From Candidatus Bathyarchaeota archaeon (GTDB lineage: Archaea; Thermoproteota; Bathyarchaeia; Bathyarchaeales; Bathycorpusculaceae): a DNA stretch of 64,000 bases. The notes beneath the pieces were generated by a model. It ran no database searches. It was not told where the DNA came from and saw nothing but the letters and a program-made list of their open reading frames with translations. Made by a program: the position numbers and the translations under genes. The stretch is taken from positions 160,001 to 224,000 of the forward strand of contig CAWGYA010000008.1 of assembly GCA_963826715.1 (NCBI GenBank). The letters are read 5' to 3'. Position 1 is the stretch's first letter. Each line of letters starts with the position of its first letter. Of the stretch, positions 40,229-50,745 are shown one piece after another.

Positions 40229-40351
40229 TTCCTCACGCTCAAATAAATGTCAAGCTAGCGGTGGTAAAAGCTTATCTATGCTGACCACCACGAAAATCCA
40301 CCAAAAATTATTTCATTATTCTAAACTAAAATCGGCAGCCCCTAAAAAAAA

Positions 40352-40855
40352 TTAAACATCAGATGGTAAAGATTTTGCACCTTGCCCTATTTCATCACAC
40401 CAAGTCTTTATTTGTAGTTCAGTTTTTTCTTGGTCCTTCATAGGTCGAGTAAAGCCACACTCGCTAACAATGCGCTTAGCGGAAATAGCTGATCTCATAT
40501 TTTCTAACGATTTTTCAGGTTTATTCCCATCCAAAGTAACAAACAGAGCTACGTCCTTTTCTTTAAAATCATTGGTAACTATGAATTTTCTTATAGCGGG
40601 AGCGATTTTCCCTGCCCAGACTGGAGATCCAATAACAACTAAATCATATTCTTCAATTGATTTTGAAACTTCAATATCAGTTAATTTTTCTCGCATCGCA
40701 TCACTTCCACCACCTATAAAACCAAGCCTTCCATCCCTGTTTTTCTTATCAGTTATTGCACATAATTCTGCATCTAACAATTGTGAAATTTTTTCAGAAA
40801 TAAATTTAGTATGACCAGTTCTTGAATAATAAGCTACCAATGTTTTCATTTTCAT
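40352..40855 (-). CDS. flavodoxin-like protein
   Basis: YYSRTGHT, IGSPVWAG. Confidence 0.88.
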   Translation of the reverse strand: MKMKTLVAYYSRTGHTKFISEKISQLLDAELCAITDKKNRDGRLGFIGGGSDAMREKLTDIEVSKSIEEYDLVVIGSPVWAGKIAPAIRKFIVTNDFKEKDVALFVTLDGNKPEKSLENMRSAISAKRIVSECGFTRPMKDQEKTELQIKTWCDEIGQGAKSLPSDV

Positions 40856-41006
40856 GACCTCAGTTATTTAGCGCATAATGTTTCTTTTTATGTTTTTCCT
40901 TAGTAGACTAAAGTAAAATGTTGATTTGCTGAAGGATTTTGTACTTTAAACCTATCTTGACAAGATATTTCAATCTAGGACTGTTCCTTGCGCTGTTTGA
41001 GCAGAC

Positions 41007-41201
41007 TTACAGGTAATTGCTGCAGCCTACAACTTTATTTTCAGATGCAGCACTACTCTCAGGATTTAGGCGTCCATGAGCCCTTTGGCAGGCTTTGCCA
41101 CAAACTTGACACTTTATACACTTACTTAAATCGACGTCAAAGTACCCAAGTAAACGTAAAACTCTTTTTTCACCGTTGAACCTTAAGTCTAAAAGGTACA
41201 T
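41007..41201 (-). pseudogene. 4Fe-4S dicluster protein remnant
   Basis: VDLSKCIKCQVCGKAC, then degenerate. Confidence 0.4.
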
Positions 41202-41402
41202 TTAATGCTTGAATTGTAGCAGTGGAATTATATGCTTAGAGTTATCAACCGCTCCTCTGATCAGTTAATTAGAGGACCAAAATACCTCAATTAAGAAAAA
41301 TGAGAAGATTTCAGCTAATAAGTATGGGCATAAATAATACCCTGAGTACCTAAAAATAGGTAACTAAGTACATAACTAGGAAATCCAGTGTAGGTAACCA
41401 AT

Positions 41403-41807
41403 ATGGCAAATAGTAATGAGAAGAAAGTTGGATCTTCTTCAAAGCTTATCGACGAGAGAATTCTGGAACTAGGCGACTGGCGCGGAGAAACGTTAGCTAA
41501 AGTGCGCCGACTCATCAAGGAAGCGGATCCCGAAGTAGTTGAAGAGTGGAAATGGGTGAAACCAACTAATCCTGGGACGCCGGTCTGGTCACACAACGGC
41601 GGAATCTGTACAGGAGAAACCTACAAGAATGAAATCAAGCTTACTTTCTTTAAGGGGGCTTCAATAGATGACCCCGCTCACCTCTTCAACCAACCTGGGA
41701 CCGTCAGGCGCGCTATCGACATACATGAAGGAGAGAAGATTGATGAAGAAGCCTTCAAATCTCTAATTCGTGCTTCTGTGAAACTAAACACCTCTAGGTC
41801 TCACTAG
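41403..41807 (+). CDS. DUF1801 (YdhG-like) protein
   Basis: LGDWRGETL...VVEEWKW...TPVWSHNG...KLTFFKGA. Confidence 0.85.
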   Translation: MANSNEKKVGSSSKLIDERILELGDWRGETLAKVRRLIKEADPEVVEEWKWVKPTNPGTPVWSHNGGICTGETYKNEIKLTFFKGASIDDPAHLFNQPGTVRRAIDIHEGEKIDEEAFKSLIRASVKLNTSRSH

Positions 41808-42898
41808 TACCTAGCTGCTCTGGTCCTCATAGACTTAATTTGTTCTGTAAACCTTGTTGCATAACCGAGATTCATTGTGGGGCATTCATCAATGCAATGG
41901 CCACAGCCGACGCATCGGATATCTTGAACGCTTTCACTATTGATTGCTTTGCCCTTGATATCAATTGACATTGGGCAAGCCTCGTTGCATTTGTTACATT
42001 GTATGCATTTCGTGTTGTTGGTGGTTATTTTCTGACCAGCAATTCTGGCAAATCCACTCAACACCGTTCCCAAGGGACAATAGTAGCAGTATCCTCTACC
42101 AATAAAAGCAATCCAGAAAAACAAAGACAGCATAAGCTCCCCAACAAGATATTTGTATGATTCAATTTTCGTTATGATATCGATATTAGGCGTAATAGTT
42201 ATTCCAACAAGGTATAATGCCCAAAATGCAATAAAGAATAATGCAATTCCGAGAAATACCCATTTAAGAATATTCATAAATCTGATGGTTCTGGGTTTAA
42301 TTCTTCTTCGTTTTCCAACCAATGGAATTGCTGGGTCAAAAACTTCAGCGGCAAATCCATTGAAAAGACAGATTGAGGAGCATTGAATTCTTCGTCCGTA
42401 AAGTAGCGTGCCTATCAATACTACAAGGCTGATAGCAATAAAGAAGACTAAAGCTGATAGGATTCCGCCACTTCCCGATGAGGTTATAGTGCTCTGAAAT
42501 AGCGAAGAGTTAGGGTCTAGTAATTGTAGTGGTGTTGTTGTCCAGGGAAGAGGCATAGCGAAAAAGTACAGGTCATAGTTGTTAACAAGCAATGGAGTAA
42601 CGACATGTACGGTTAAAGCCGCTATTATGAAGCCGATAAGATTTGTTTTCCTCATTATTGTCCTTTTTGAAGAACCAATGATTTTTATGGTCAAAAATGA
42701 GCCTATTATAATAAATGCTGTCTTTACCCAGTTTTCGTAAATAAGCCAAACCCATGCAATAATTGATGCAATATTTGGGGGAGCTACCCGTGCATATCCA
42801 TAGTTAATGCCCGCTATTAGAATAGCGAGTATAATGTAAGTTGCAAGAATTGTTTTCAATAATTTTAAGTAAATTGTGCTGTTTTTTTCCATCAACAA
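41804..42898 (-). CDS. membrane polyferredoxin (NapH/MauN-like)
   Basis: TM helices, CYYCPLG, two CxxCxxCxxxCP motifs. Confidence 0.85.
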   Translation of the reverse strand: MLMEKNSTIYLKLLKTILATYIILAILIAGINYGYARVAPPNIASIIAWVWLIYENWVKTAFIIIGSFLTIKIIGSSKRTIMRKTNLIGFIIAALTVHVVTPLLVNNYDLYFFAMPLPWTTTPLQLLDPNSSLFQSTITSSGSGGILSALVFFIAISLVVLIGTLLYGRRIQCSSICLFNGFAAEVFDPAIPLVGKRRRIKPRTIRFMNILKWVFLGIALFFIAFWALYLVGITITPNIDIITKIESYKYLVGELMLSLFFWIAFIGRGYCYYCPLGTVLSGFARIAGQKITTNNTKCIQCNKCNEACPMSIDIKGKAINSESVQDIRCVGCGHCIDECPTMNLGYATRFTEQIKSMRTRAARY

Positions 42899-43502
42899 GC
42901 GATTCCTAATTTCCTATGTGTAATGTCTAGTTATAAGCTTTTCCAGATTAGTTTCAAAACTGCATTATTTGCCTCTCCAATGTTATAATCGCACCTCAAG
43001 ATCCAGCTAAAAAGGAAAGACAAGACTGTTTACCACAAGAAATAATTGCTGATAATACGATCATATTTTTAACACGGCGACAGGAAAAGGATACGGATTA
43101 GCTACCTGGGTGGACACTTTCTCTAACAGTCTATTAGGTACAGGGATCATAAAAAGCATAATTCAAACAAAGACAAGTGACCCGAACAATTATTTCGGTA
43201 CAGGTTCTGCAATCGGTCAGGGTAGTTCAGACAAATACCACAGCATCACTGTGATTGCTTCTTCTAGTTGGTATCCAACAGACACTCCATTGCCCACAAT
43301 AGTTCTAATCACTACAGGTGTATTCATAGTTCAAGAGTAAACCAAAAATCAATATTCTTTTTTTTCTTATTTGACAAGCAAAAAGCCAAAATTTTTCTTG
43401 GGTATGGACTTTCAGACAGCGCGCCCATAATTATCGCAGTATTTTTTAACATAATTCTTAATTATGCCGTCTGCTAAATGGTTGGCTGAAGGTAATCATA
43501 AA

Positions 43503-44568
43503 ATGGTAAAGATGGATTTCGGTGGCGTTATAGAAGATGTCATCACTCGAAAAGAGTTTACAATTGCGCAAGCCCAAAAAATTCTAAAAGACGAAGTTGT
43601 CGTTTCGCTCGGCTACGGAATACAGGGTCGTGCTCAATCACTTAACATGAGAGATCAAGGAATAAACGTAATTATTGGTCAAGAAAACATGGGTCCACAC
43701 AAAGCCTACTATGACTTGGCAGTACAAGACGGCTGGGTTCCAGGCAAAAACCTGTTCCCGATGGAAGACGCCGCTGATATGGGAACCATCAAAATGTTCT
43801 TGTTCACTGACGCAGGACAGAAAGATGCATGGCCAAAAATTAAGAAGTCACTCAAAAAAGGAGACGCACTTTACTTCAGCCACGGTTTCAGCATCGTCTA
43901 CAAAGATCAAACAGGTGTCATTCCACCGACGGACGTAGACGTTATTCTGGTTGCGCCAAAAGGTAGTGGCACCAGTGTGCGCCGAAACTTCCTTGACGGA
44001 TCAGGTATAAACTGCAGCTTCGCTGTTTTCCAGAATGCAACAGGCAAAGCAGAAAACCGCGCAAAAGCACTCGGCATCGCTATCGGCGGTGGATACCTTT
44101 TCCCTACAACTTTTGAAAAAGAGGTGTATAGTGACTTAACAGGCGAGCGCGGCACCTTGATGGGCGCACTAGCGAGGAATCCTAGAAGCTCAGTATAAAA
44201 CCCTCCGTGAACGCGGTCACAGCCCAAGCGAAGCATTCAACGAATCCGTCGAAGAACTCACTCAAAGTCTCATTCGCCTAGTTGACGAAAACGGCATGGA
44301 CTGGATGTATTGCAACTGCAGCGAAACCGCTCGTATCGGAGCCCTCCGATGGAAAGAACGGTTCCGCAGCGCAACCCAGCCCGTCTTCGACAGCCTCTAT
44401 GACCTCGTTGCAGCAGGCGAAGAAACACGTATCGTACTGGAAAAAAGCAAAGAACCAGATTACCGCCAAAAACTCGCAGATGAGCTCAAAGACATGGGCA
44501 ATAGCGAAATGTGGCGTGCAGGAGAAACCGTCCGCTCGCTCCGCCCAGGCAGACAAAATAAAGAGTAA
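43503..44568 (+). pseudogene. ilvC: ketol-acid reductoisomerase with one +1 frameshift
   Basis: GYGIQG, FSHGF, VAPKGSG, SDLTGERG; removing one base near 44173 restores ALAGILEAQY...GHSPSEAFNE...MDWMY to the stop at 44568. Confidence 0.9.
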
Positions 44569-44626
44569 ACAACCCTTTTTCTTATTTTTTATTATTTTTA
44601 TGTTAAGCAGATCTAAGTCTCGAGGT

Positions 44627-45373
44627 TTATCTGTAGCAAACTGGGCAACGGGGGTTTTTGAATAGAGGTACTGTAGTGAAGTCCATGTCATTAAAGTCGC
44701 AGACTAACATTTTACCTCTCAAACTTGAACCAATCCCAACCAAAAGCTTTATGGTTTCCATAGCTTGAAGACTGCCTATAATTCCAGCCGAAGCACCAAG
44801 TACACCAAAAGACTGCGGAGAGTCGGAGTCGGTTTTATGCAAAGTGCATTCAAGGCATCCCGTTTGGGGTGAATCGAATACTGAAAGGTTGCCTTCTAAA
44901 CCCATGACTGCGCCAAAAACATAAGGGATACATAGTTTTACACATGCCCTGTTGATTAAGTATCGAGTTTGGAAGTTATCCAAGCAATCAACAACAACAT
45001 CAACACCTGTTGTAAGGGCTAAGGCATTGTCGGAATCTACTTTTTTTTCCACGGCTTCAACCTGTACTAGCGGATTTTGTTTGTGCAACTTTTCGGCAGC
45101 AACCTCAGCTTTAAGGCGGTGGAGATCATATGGAGTGTAGAGGATTTGCCGGTGTAGATTATGGGTTTCTACCGTATCTTGATCGATTAATCGCAAGTAG
45201 CCTACGCCTGCCAAAGCCAGATACAGAGAACAAACCGATCCTAATCCCCCGACGCCTACAATGGCAACTCTGGATTTAGAAAGTCTTTCTTGCCCTAGAG
45301 AACCCAATTCTTTTATAATCAATTGGCGACTATAGAATAATTTAGTGAATTCCGCTCTGCTTGTCGCTTTCAT
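44627..45373 (-). CDS. ThiF/MoeB family E1-like adenylyltransferase
   Basis: YSRQ, GVGGLGS, NLHRQ, DCLDNF, CLEC and CPVC. Confidence 0.92.
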   Translation of the reverse strand: MKATSRAEFTKLFYSRQLIIKELGSLGQERLSKSRVAIVGVGGLGSVCSLYLALAGVGYLRLIDQDTVETHNLHRQILYTPYDLHRLKAEVAAEKLHKQNPLVQVEAVEKKVDSDNALALTTGVDVVVDCLDNFQTRYLINRACVKLCIPYVFGAVMGLEGNLSVFDSPQTGCLECTLHKTDSDSPQSFGVLGASAGIIGSLQAMETIKLLVGIGSSLRGKMLVCDFNDMDFTTVPLFKNPRCPVCYR

Positions 45374-45550
45374 GCTGATCAATTTTGCAGGCGTTGTATT
45401 TGGCTTTATTGGGCAACTTATCATCACAGATGTGCTTCATCTAATCTATAATTGGTTCGTCGTCAGTTCACTTTCACCCACCCCTCCCCTGCCCCGTAAT
45501 GTTGATTTAGCGGTGATTTAAATAGGAAAAACAAAGGTAACTGCTAATCC

Positions 45551-46309
45551 GTGAAGAACATGCAACAACAAGAATTCCTATTCAGAACCCAAAGGAAGCA
45601 AACGAACTTATCACTGCCACGGTTAACTTTTAATGTTCCAGATATAGATGGATTATTTCCAGGCTTTAAAGCTGGAGACTTCGCCGTTGTCTATGGTCCA
45701 CAAACGGTTACTTCCCTGACGTCTCAACTCTGTGTTCGTGCACAATTGTCAAAAGAGTTTGGTGGATTGGAAAGTAAAGTGGTATTCATCGATGCAGCAA
45801 ACAGCCCTTCGCTATCAAACATACCTCAAGCTATGCTTGTGAACTTCATTAAAAAACGCGCATACACTGCATACCGATTGACTTCATTAATAATGGAGCA
45901 GTTGGAAGAAGCGGTGGAGGCATCCGACGCGAAAATGGTCGTTGTATCCGACATTGCAGGTCCATTCCTCAGCGACAACGTAGATGATAATGAAGCAAAA
46001 GCTGCTTACAGCCAAATCATGGGTTACCTTGCAGACTTCGCGAAGAAGCACCGAATCATGGTGGTTGCAACTTATCTGAGCCATGAAGGCAACAGAAGAA
46101 ACAGCCTATTGCAGGAAATTAGCACTGCAAAGGCGGGAGTCGTGTTGCGGTTCACAGAGACACCCTACACAAGCGAAGTTGAGCTTGAGAAGCATCCATC
46201 CTACATGTTGGGCGTGGCGGAGTTTACTCCTAAAGCGAAAACCTTAGCGGATTTTTCATCAGCAATTCCAAGCAAAGTAACCGTCCCTTTAGCTTATAAA
46301 ATATTATAG
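45551..46309 (+). CDS. RecA/RadA-fold protein with degenerate P-loop
   Basis: IDGLFPGF..GDFAVVYG, GGLESKVVFIDA, RAYTAY, VVVSD; no GKT/S. Confidence 0.7.
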   Translation: MKNMQQQEFLFRTQRKQTNLSLPRLTFNVPDIDGLFPGFKAGDFAVVYGPQTVTSLTSQLCVRAQLSKEFGGLESKVVFIDAANSPSLSNIPQAMLVNFIKKRAYTAYRLTSLIMEQLEEAVEASDAKMVVVSDIAGPFLSDNVDDNEAKAAYSQIMGYLADFAKKHRIMVVATYLSHEGNRRNSLLQEISTAKAGVVLRFTETPYTSEVELEKHPSYMLGVAEFTPKAKTLADFSSAIPSKVTVPLAYKIL

Positions 46310-46581
46310 ATACCAAAGCCTTTTTTTTAGGCAGCATTCGTTTTTCGTAGACATGCCTTTTGTTTAAAAGTTACACCAGAAAAGCAGCCTATTTGCGCCC
46401 CATTTAGTTTTTATTCAGAAACAGGGTTGGCTTCTAGTATCCAACCTAAGCACACAGTCTAGGCGGGAGGTATAGAGCAAAAACCTAAGGGGCGCCCTTG
46501 TAAATAGAAAACCACTTGTTAGCATATTGAAACCTAAAACAAGAAGAGAGAGGAGTAAAAAAACTCTGCAGGAGTTGAACC

Positions 46582-46992
46582 TTATGAGAACACCGAGAAA
46601 GATGAATCTTCTTCTGGTTCCTCGTTTTTCTTGTTGAGTTCAGCAATTTTCTTGCTTATTTCCTCTGCTTCTTTGGTGTTGCCCAACGCTTTTTGGCTGT
46701 CCCGCGCGTTCTCCAAGGCGCTTAGGCCATAGCGTTCAAAGCCTTTAGCGAATGATATGTCGGCTGATTTGGTGAAGAGCTCCACGGCTTTCTCGTATTC
46801 TTTGAGGATAAAGCTACATTCGCCTGCTTTATAGCTCATCTCTGCTGCGCCGAAGTAATTTTGTCCCTTATAGTAGAGGTCAGCAACTTTAACGAAGAGG
46901 TCGCGTGCTTCAACGTATTTGCCGTTCTCCATCAACGCCATCGCGTCTTTGTGAAGTTTAATCGTGTCTACTCTTTCAGTCATAACCATCAA
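46582..46992 (-). CDS. TPR/SNAP-like helical repeat protein
   Basis: Repeated A..F.K.A..Y helices. Confidence 0.65.
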   Translation of the reverse strand: MMVMTERVDTIKLHKDAMALMENGKYVEARDLFVKVADLYYKGQNYFGAAEMSYKAGECSFILKEYEKAVELFTKSADISFAKGFERYGLSALENARDSQKALGNTKEAEEISKKIAELNKKNEEPEEDSSFSVFS

Positions 46993-47093
46993 CTGTAAAA
47001 TATTCTGCGGATACTCCCATTTAGAATTTTCCCCTCAAAAATGAATGGCGAGTGATGATTCTTTTATAATGGATAAACAAGAATAAGTAACCA

Positions 47094-47657
47094 GTGAACT
47101 ATAACTCAGTGAACTCTATGAAAAGCAAAATCCCAATCTCCGGAACTGCATCGATACTGGCAGCGGGAGCCATATTTGCAGCGCTGGTCGCCGTCGCAAC
47201 CTATATCTTCATAATACCCATCCCCGCCACAACAGGCTACTTTAACTTAGGAGAAACCGTAATTTACATTGCCGCATTAACATTGGGTCCCTACGTGGGC
47301 GCTTTTGCAGGGGCTGGTGCAGCATTCGCAGATATTATCGTTCCAGGGGGCGCAGCCTTCGCACCAGGAACATTTGCAATCAAAGCCCTCGAAGGCTATG
47401 CAGTAGGCATGTTGAACCGAAAACTACAGAAAAACCAGAACATAACCCTAAACGCCGCAGTCTCGGTTGTATTAGGGGGATTAATTATGATTTTTGGTTA
47501 TTTCATGTATGAAGTGATAGTGCTTGGTTTCCCCGTTGCCGCGGTGTTGCTTGAGATGCCCTTCAACTTTGTGCAGATGATAGTCGGCTTGTTAGTTGCA
47601 GTACCGATTATGCACGCAGTTTACCGTATTTTCCCACAACTTAAAAGCTACAGTTAA
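47094..47657 (+). CDS. ECF transporter S component
   Basis: IPIPATTGYFNLGE, APGTFAIKALEG. Confidence 0.88.
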   Translation: MNYNSVNSMKSKIPISGTASILAAGAIFAALVAVATYIFIIPIPATTGYFNLGETVIYIAALTLGPYVGAFAGAGAAFADIIVPGGAAFAPGTFAIKALEGYAVGMLNRKLQKNQNITLNAAVSVVLGGLIMIFGYFMYEVIVLGFPVAAVLLEMPFNFVQMIVGLLVAVPIMHAVYRIFPQLKSYS

Positions 47658-47670
47658 CAGAGGACAAAGT

Positions 47671-48678
47671 ATGAAACTGCCACCAGGAAAAATTCCAATT
47701 GATCTACTAAAAAAGGTGGTTTTCAAAAACCTAGGCACCCCTCGAGATGAAGTTGTACTTGGACCAGCTGCAGGCGTAGATGGCGCAATACTGGATGTAG
47801 GAAACAAAAACGCCATCGTTTCAATGGACCCCATTACCGGTGCGATAGAACGAATCGGTTGGGAAGCCATCAACGTAAACGCCAATGACGTCGCCACATT
47901 CGGAGTGCAACCTGCTTTCTTCTTTAGCTGCATTATGCTCCCAGAGAACGCGGACAGCCAAATAGTGGAAAACATAAGCAGCCAGATGCATCATGCGGCA
48001 TCGGAATTAGGCATTGCCATTGTGGGTGGACATTGTGAGTGCACCCCGGGACTTACAAGCCCTATTGTGGTGGGTTGTGTTATGGGTTTAACTGAGAAAG
48101 GTAAGTACGTTACAGCTGCTGGGGCTAAATCAGGTGACAAAATCATATTAACCAAAAGCGCAGGCATTGAAGGAACCGCGATTCTGGCAACTGATCGCGA
48201 GCAGGAACTTAAAACCTTATTCAGCCAACCGATGCTTGACCTTGCAAAAGGCTTCTACAGTCAAATCAGCGTCGTCAAAGATGCCTTAACTGCATATCAT
48301 GCCGGGGGAGTTCATGCTATGCATGACCCAACCGAAGGTGGAATACTTAATGGAATCCATGAAATGGCGGATGCCGCAGGGTTGGGTGCAAGGGTATTTG
48401 TTGAGAAAATTATAGTTGAACCCGAAACCGCCAAGATTTGCCGCTACTACGGAATCGACCCGTTGCAGTTGATTAGTTCAGGTGCGCTTCTTATCTCAGT
48501 AGATCCAGATTCCGCAAACAATGTTGTTGAGAGCCTCTGTGGTGAACGTATCTACGCAGACATTATCGGCGAATTTACGCCAAACCTCAACAAGCGCTTA
48601 TTGATACATACAGATGATTCAGCGGAGATATTACCACGTCCTATCTCAGACCATCTTTGGCGGGCATTATCAAAGTAA
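47671..48678 (+). CDS. AIR synthase/HypE-like protein
   Basis: GKIP, DPITG, NANDVA, IVGGH, MHDPTEGG. Confidence 0.85.
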   Translation: MKLPPGKIPIDLLKKVVFKNLGTPRDEVVLGPAAGVDGAILDVGNKNAIVSMDPITGAIERIGWEAINVNANDVATFGVQPAFFFSCIMLPENADSQIVENISSQMHHAASELGIAIVGGHCECTPGLTSPIVVGCVMGLTEKGKYVTAAGAKSGDKIILTKSAGIEGTAILATDREQELKTLFSQPMLDLAKGFYSQISVVKDALTAYHAGGVHAMHDPTEGGILNGIHEMADAAGLGARVFVEKIIVEPETAKICRYYGIDPLQLISSGALLISVDPDSANNVVESLCGERIYADIIGEFTPNLNKRLLIHTDDSAEILPRPISDHLWRALSK

Positions 48679-48683
48679 AAATT

Positions 48684-49451
48684 CTATTTCTTAGATAAAC
48701 CATTTCTAAAGCCATTAAGCGGTAGCTGTAAGCCCCAATACAAGAAAAATACAGGGTAAAAAATCATGTATTCAAAAAGATGTGAATACACAAGACCACA
48801 CCGCAACTCAACTATTGCTTGAAGCAGACCATTTTGCAGACTCCAATTCTCCGGCGGTTTATAATGCAAACAGTAAACATCGCTACCTACCAAAACACTA
48901 TAACCATGATTTTCGATCCAACGTACCAAATATGCATCCTCGTAGGCGTGAAGTTCTTCTGGAATCCGAACACCCTCAACAGCTGACTTTAAAATCAGGG
49001 TGTCATGCATGCCACCTCGTAATTTAAAACATTGCCTTGCTACCAAACTCTGCAACTGCAAAATCCGCTTGTTTGTTACGTTAGGCAACATATCAACATT
49101 AACGCCCCACACACAACCTACGCCGTCAGCCAAATCAGCCTGTGCTTTTTTGAACCAGTCGCGGCACAGAATCACATCGCTATCAACAAACATAAACCAT
49201 TTCGTAGTTACTTTCTGAATACCGACGGAGCGCGCCTTAGCCCTTGAACCTCTAAGCTGGAAGAGTTTCACGTTACGATACTTTTTGTTAAAGCCCTCAA
49301 GGATCGCAAGAGTACGATCAGTTGAGTATCCATCAATGATAATGAGGTTTTTGATGGGCACATTTTGGTACACTGCGTTTAAGCATTTACTGAGCAGATG
49401 TTGGCTGTTTTTTGTCAAAACGACGACGTCGACTTGCATAGATAGCCTCAA
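48684..49451 (-). CDS. glycosyltransferase family 2
   Basis: DGYSTD, FVDSD, ED; paralogue of the next gene. Confidence 0.88.
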   Translation of the reverse strand: MRLSMQVDVVVLTKNSQHLLSKCLNAVYQNVPIKNLIIIDGYSTDRTLAILEGFNKKYRNVKLFQLRGSRAKARSVGIQKVTTKWFMFVDSDVILCRDWFKKAQADLADGVGCVWGVNVDMLPNVTNKRILQLQSLVARQCFKLRGGMHDTLILKSAVEGVRIPEELHAYEDAYLVRWIENHGYSVLVGSDVYCLHYKPPENWSLQNGLLQAIVELRCGLVYSHLFEYMIFYPVFFLYWGLQLPLNGFRNGLSKK

Positions 49452-49523
49452 AGTGGTGATACATTCTTAATGGTTAGCAATAACTTAAAAACTAGTAACC
49501 CAAAGCCAAATTATCATTCAGAG

Positions 49524-50267
49524 TTAGCGAGAGAACATTTGATAGATGGAATACGCCGCATAAAATCCATAAGCTAAAAGCAACCTACTGATTAAGCGAA
49601 AATTTCCAAACCGTAAAGACTCCGCGACCAAATCTAAACTACCCCTAAAACTCCAAACGGTTTGGGGGCGATAATGGATGCAGAACGGACTATAACAAGC
49701 CAACACCCTAAAACCTTTAGCAGTTATCCAATCTTTTATGTACGCATCTTCAAATACATGTAGCTGTGAAGGAATTTTCATATCCCTTATCAGGCTAGAG
49801 CGAATCAGGGTGTCATGCGTCCCGCCACGAACCTCAAATATTTTGCGGGTAATGGTAAGAAACAAGCGCAGGGTTTTTGGCTTAGTTATGGTAGACCAGA
49901 TCTCAATTCCCCACACTCCACCAACTTCTGGTTGAATATATTGTCTAGCTTTCTCATACCAACCCCGGCACAAGACCACATCGCTATCAACAAACATGAA
50001 CCACTCAGTTGTTACGTTTTCAATTCCTTTTTGGCGGGCTGTTGCACGAGTGCCCCTATCAAGAATAACTTGAAGGTTGCCATATTTTTGCTTAAAGCCC
50101 TCAAGGATCTTAAGAGTGCAATCGGTTGAGTAACCATCCACAACTATAAGTTTGGCAACGGGTACATTCTGGTAAATGGATTCTACGCAACGGCGAAGAA
50201 GGCGAGCGCTGTTTTTAGTTATTAACACAACATCCACTGAGTCCATTGCCACGGTAAGTTCACTCAA
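49524..50267 (-). CDS. glycosyltransferase family 2
   Basis: DGYSTD, FVDSD, ED. Confidence 0.88.
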   Translation of the reverse strand: MSELTVAMDSVDVVLITKNSARLLRRCVESIYQNVPVAKLIVVDGYSTDCTLKILEGFKQKYGNLQVILDRGTRATARQKGIENVTTEWFMFVDSDVVLCRGWYEKARQYIQPEVGGVWGIEIWSTITKPKTLRLFLTITRKIFEVRGGTHDTLIRSSLIRDMKIPSQLHVFEDAYIKDWITAKGFRVLACYSPFCIHYRPQTVWSFRGSLDLVAESLRFGNFRLISRLLLAYGFYAAYSIYQMFSR

Positions 50268-50745
50268 TCCAATAGTTATTCACAGGGTGGAAAGTGAAAC
50301 GGCTTAAAAAATAGTTGCTCCCAAAATGAAACATCAAATAAAAAAACAACTTCATATGCCACTATGCACCTATCGAATCTTCCTGCGTGTTCTGCACCCA
50401 AGCAGACCATAGAAGAGGTACTGTAATCGAAGTTGACAAGCAAGAGCCATACACATTGTCCAAAAGAAGGTAGCTGAGCATTTTTGTTGCCGTCCATAGT
50501 TTTGGAGAATCCACAGATTTGAGAATATTCTTGCGTTTAAACCTTAATTGAGATGATGCTCTTTTTGGGATCTTTACAATTAACATCAAATTAAAGAATT
50601 AACCTAACAACCAAGTGACTGTGAAAAAGTGCCAAAGGAGACATGTAGCGCTATTGATTCACTAAAAGCAAACCAACAACTGATAACGGTTTTATACTGC
50701 CAACCTGAATACACTTAACCATAAATTTAAGCGGCAAGTGTCAGT

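Noticed and set aside
43110-43340. Ser/Thr/Gly-rich ORF
   Set aside because: Looks like a fragment of a secreted protein; cannot be assigned
50276-50589. Two overlapping short minus-strand ORFs before the GT2 pair
   Set aside because: No recognisable motif; possible remnant but unsupported
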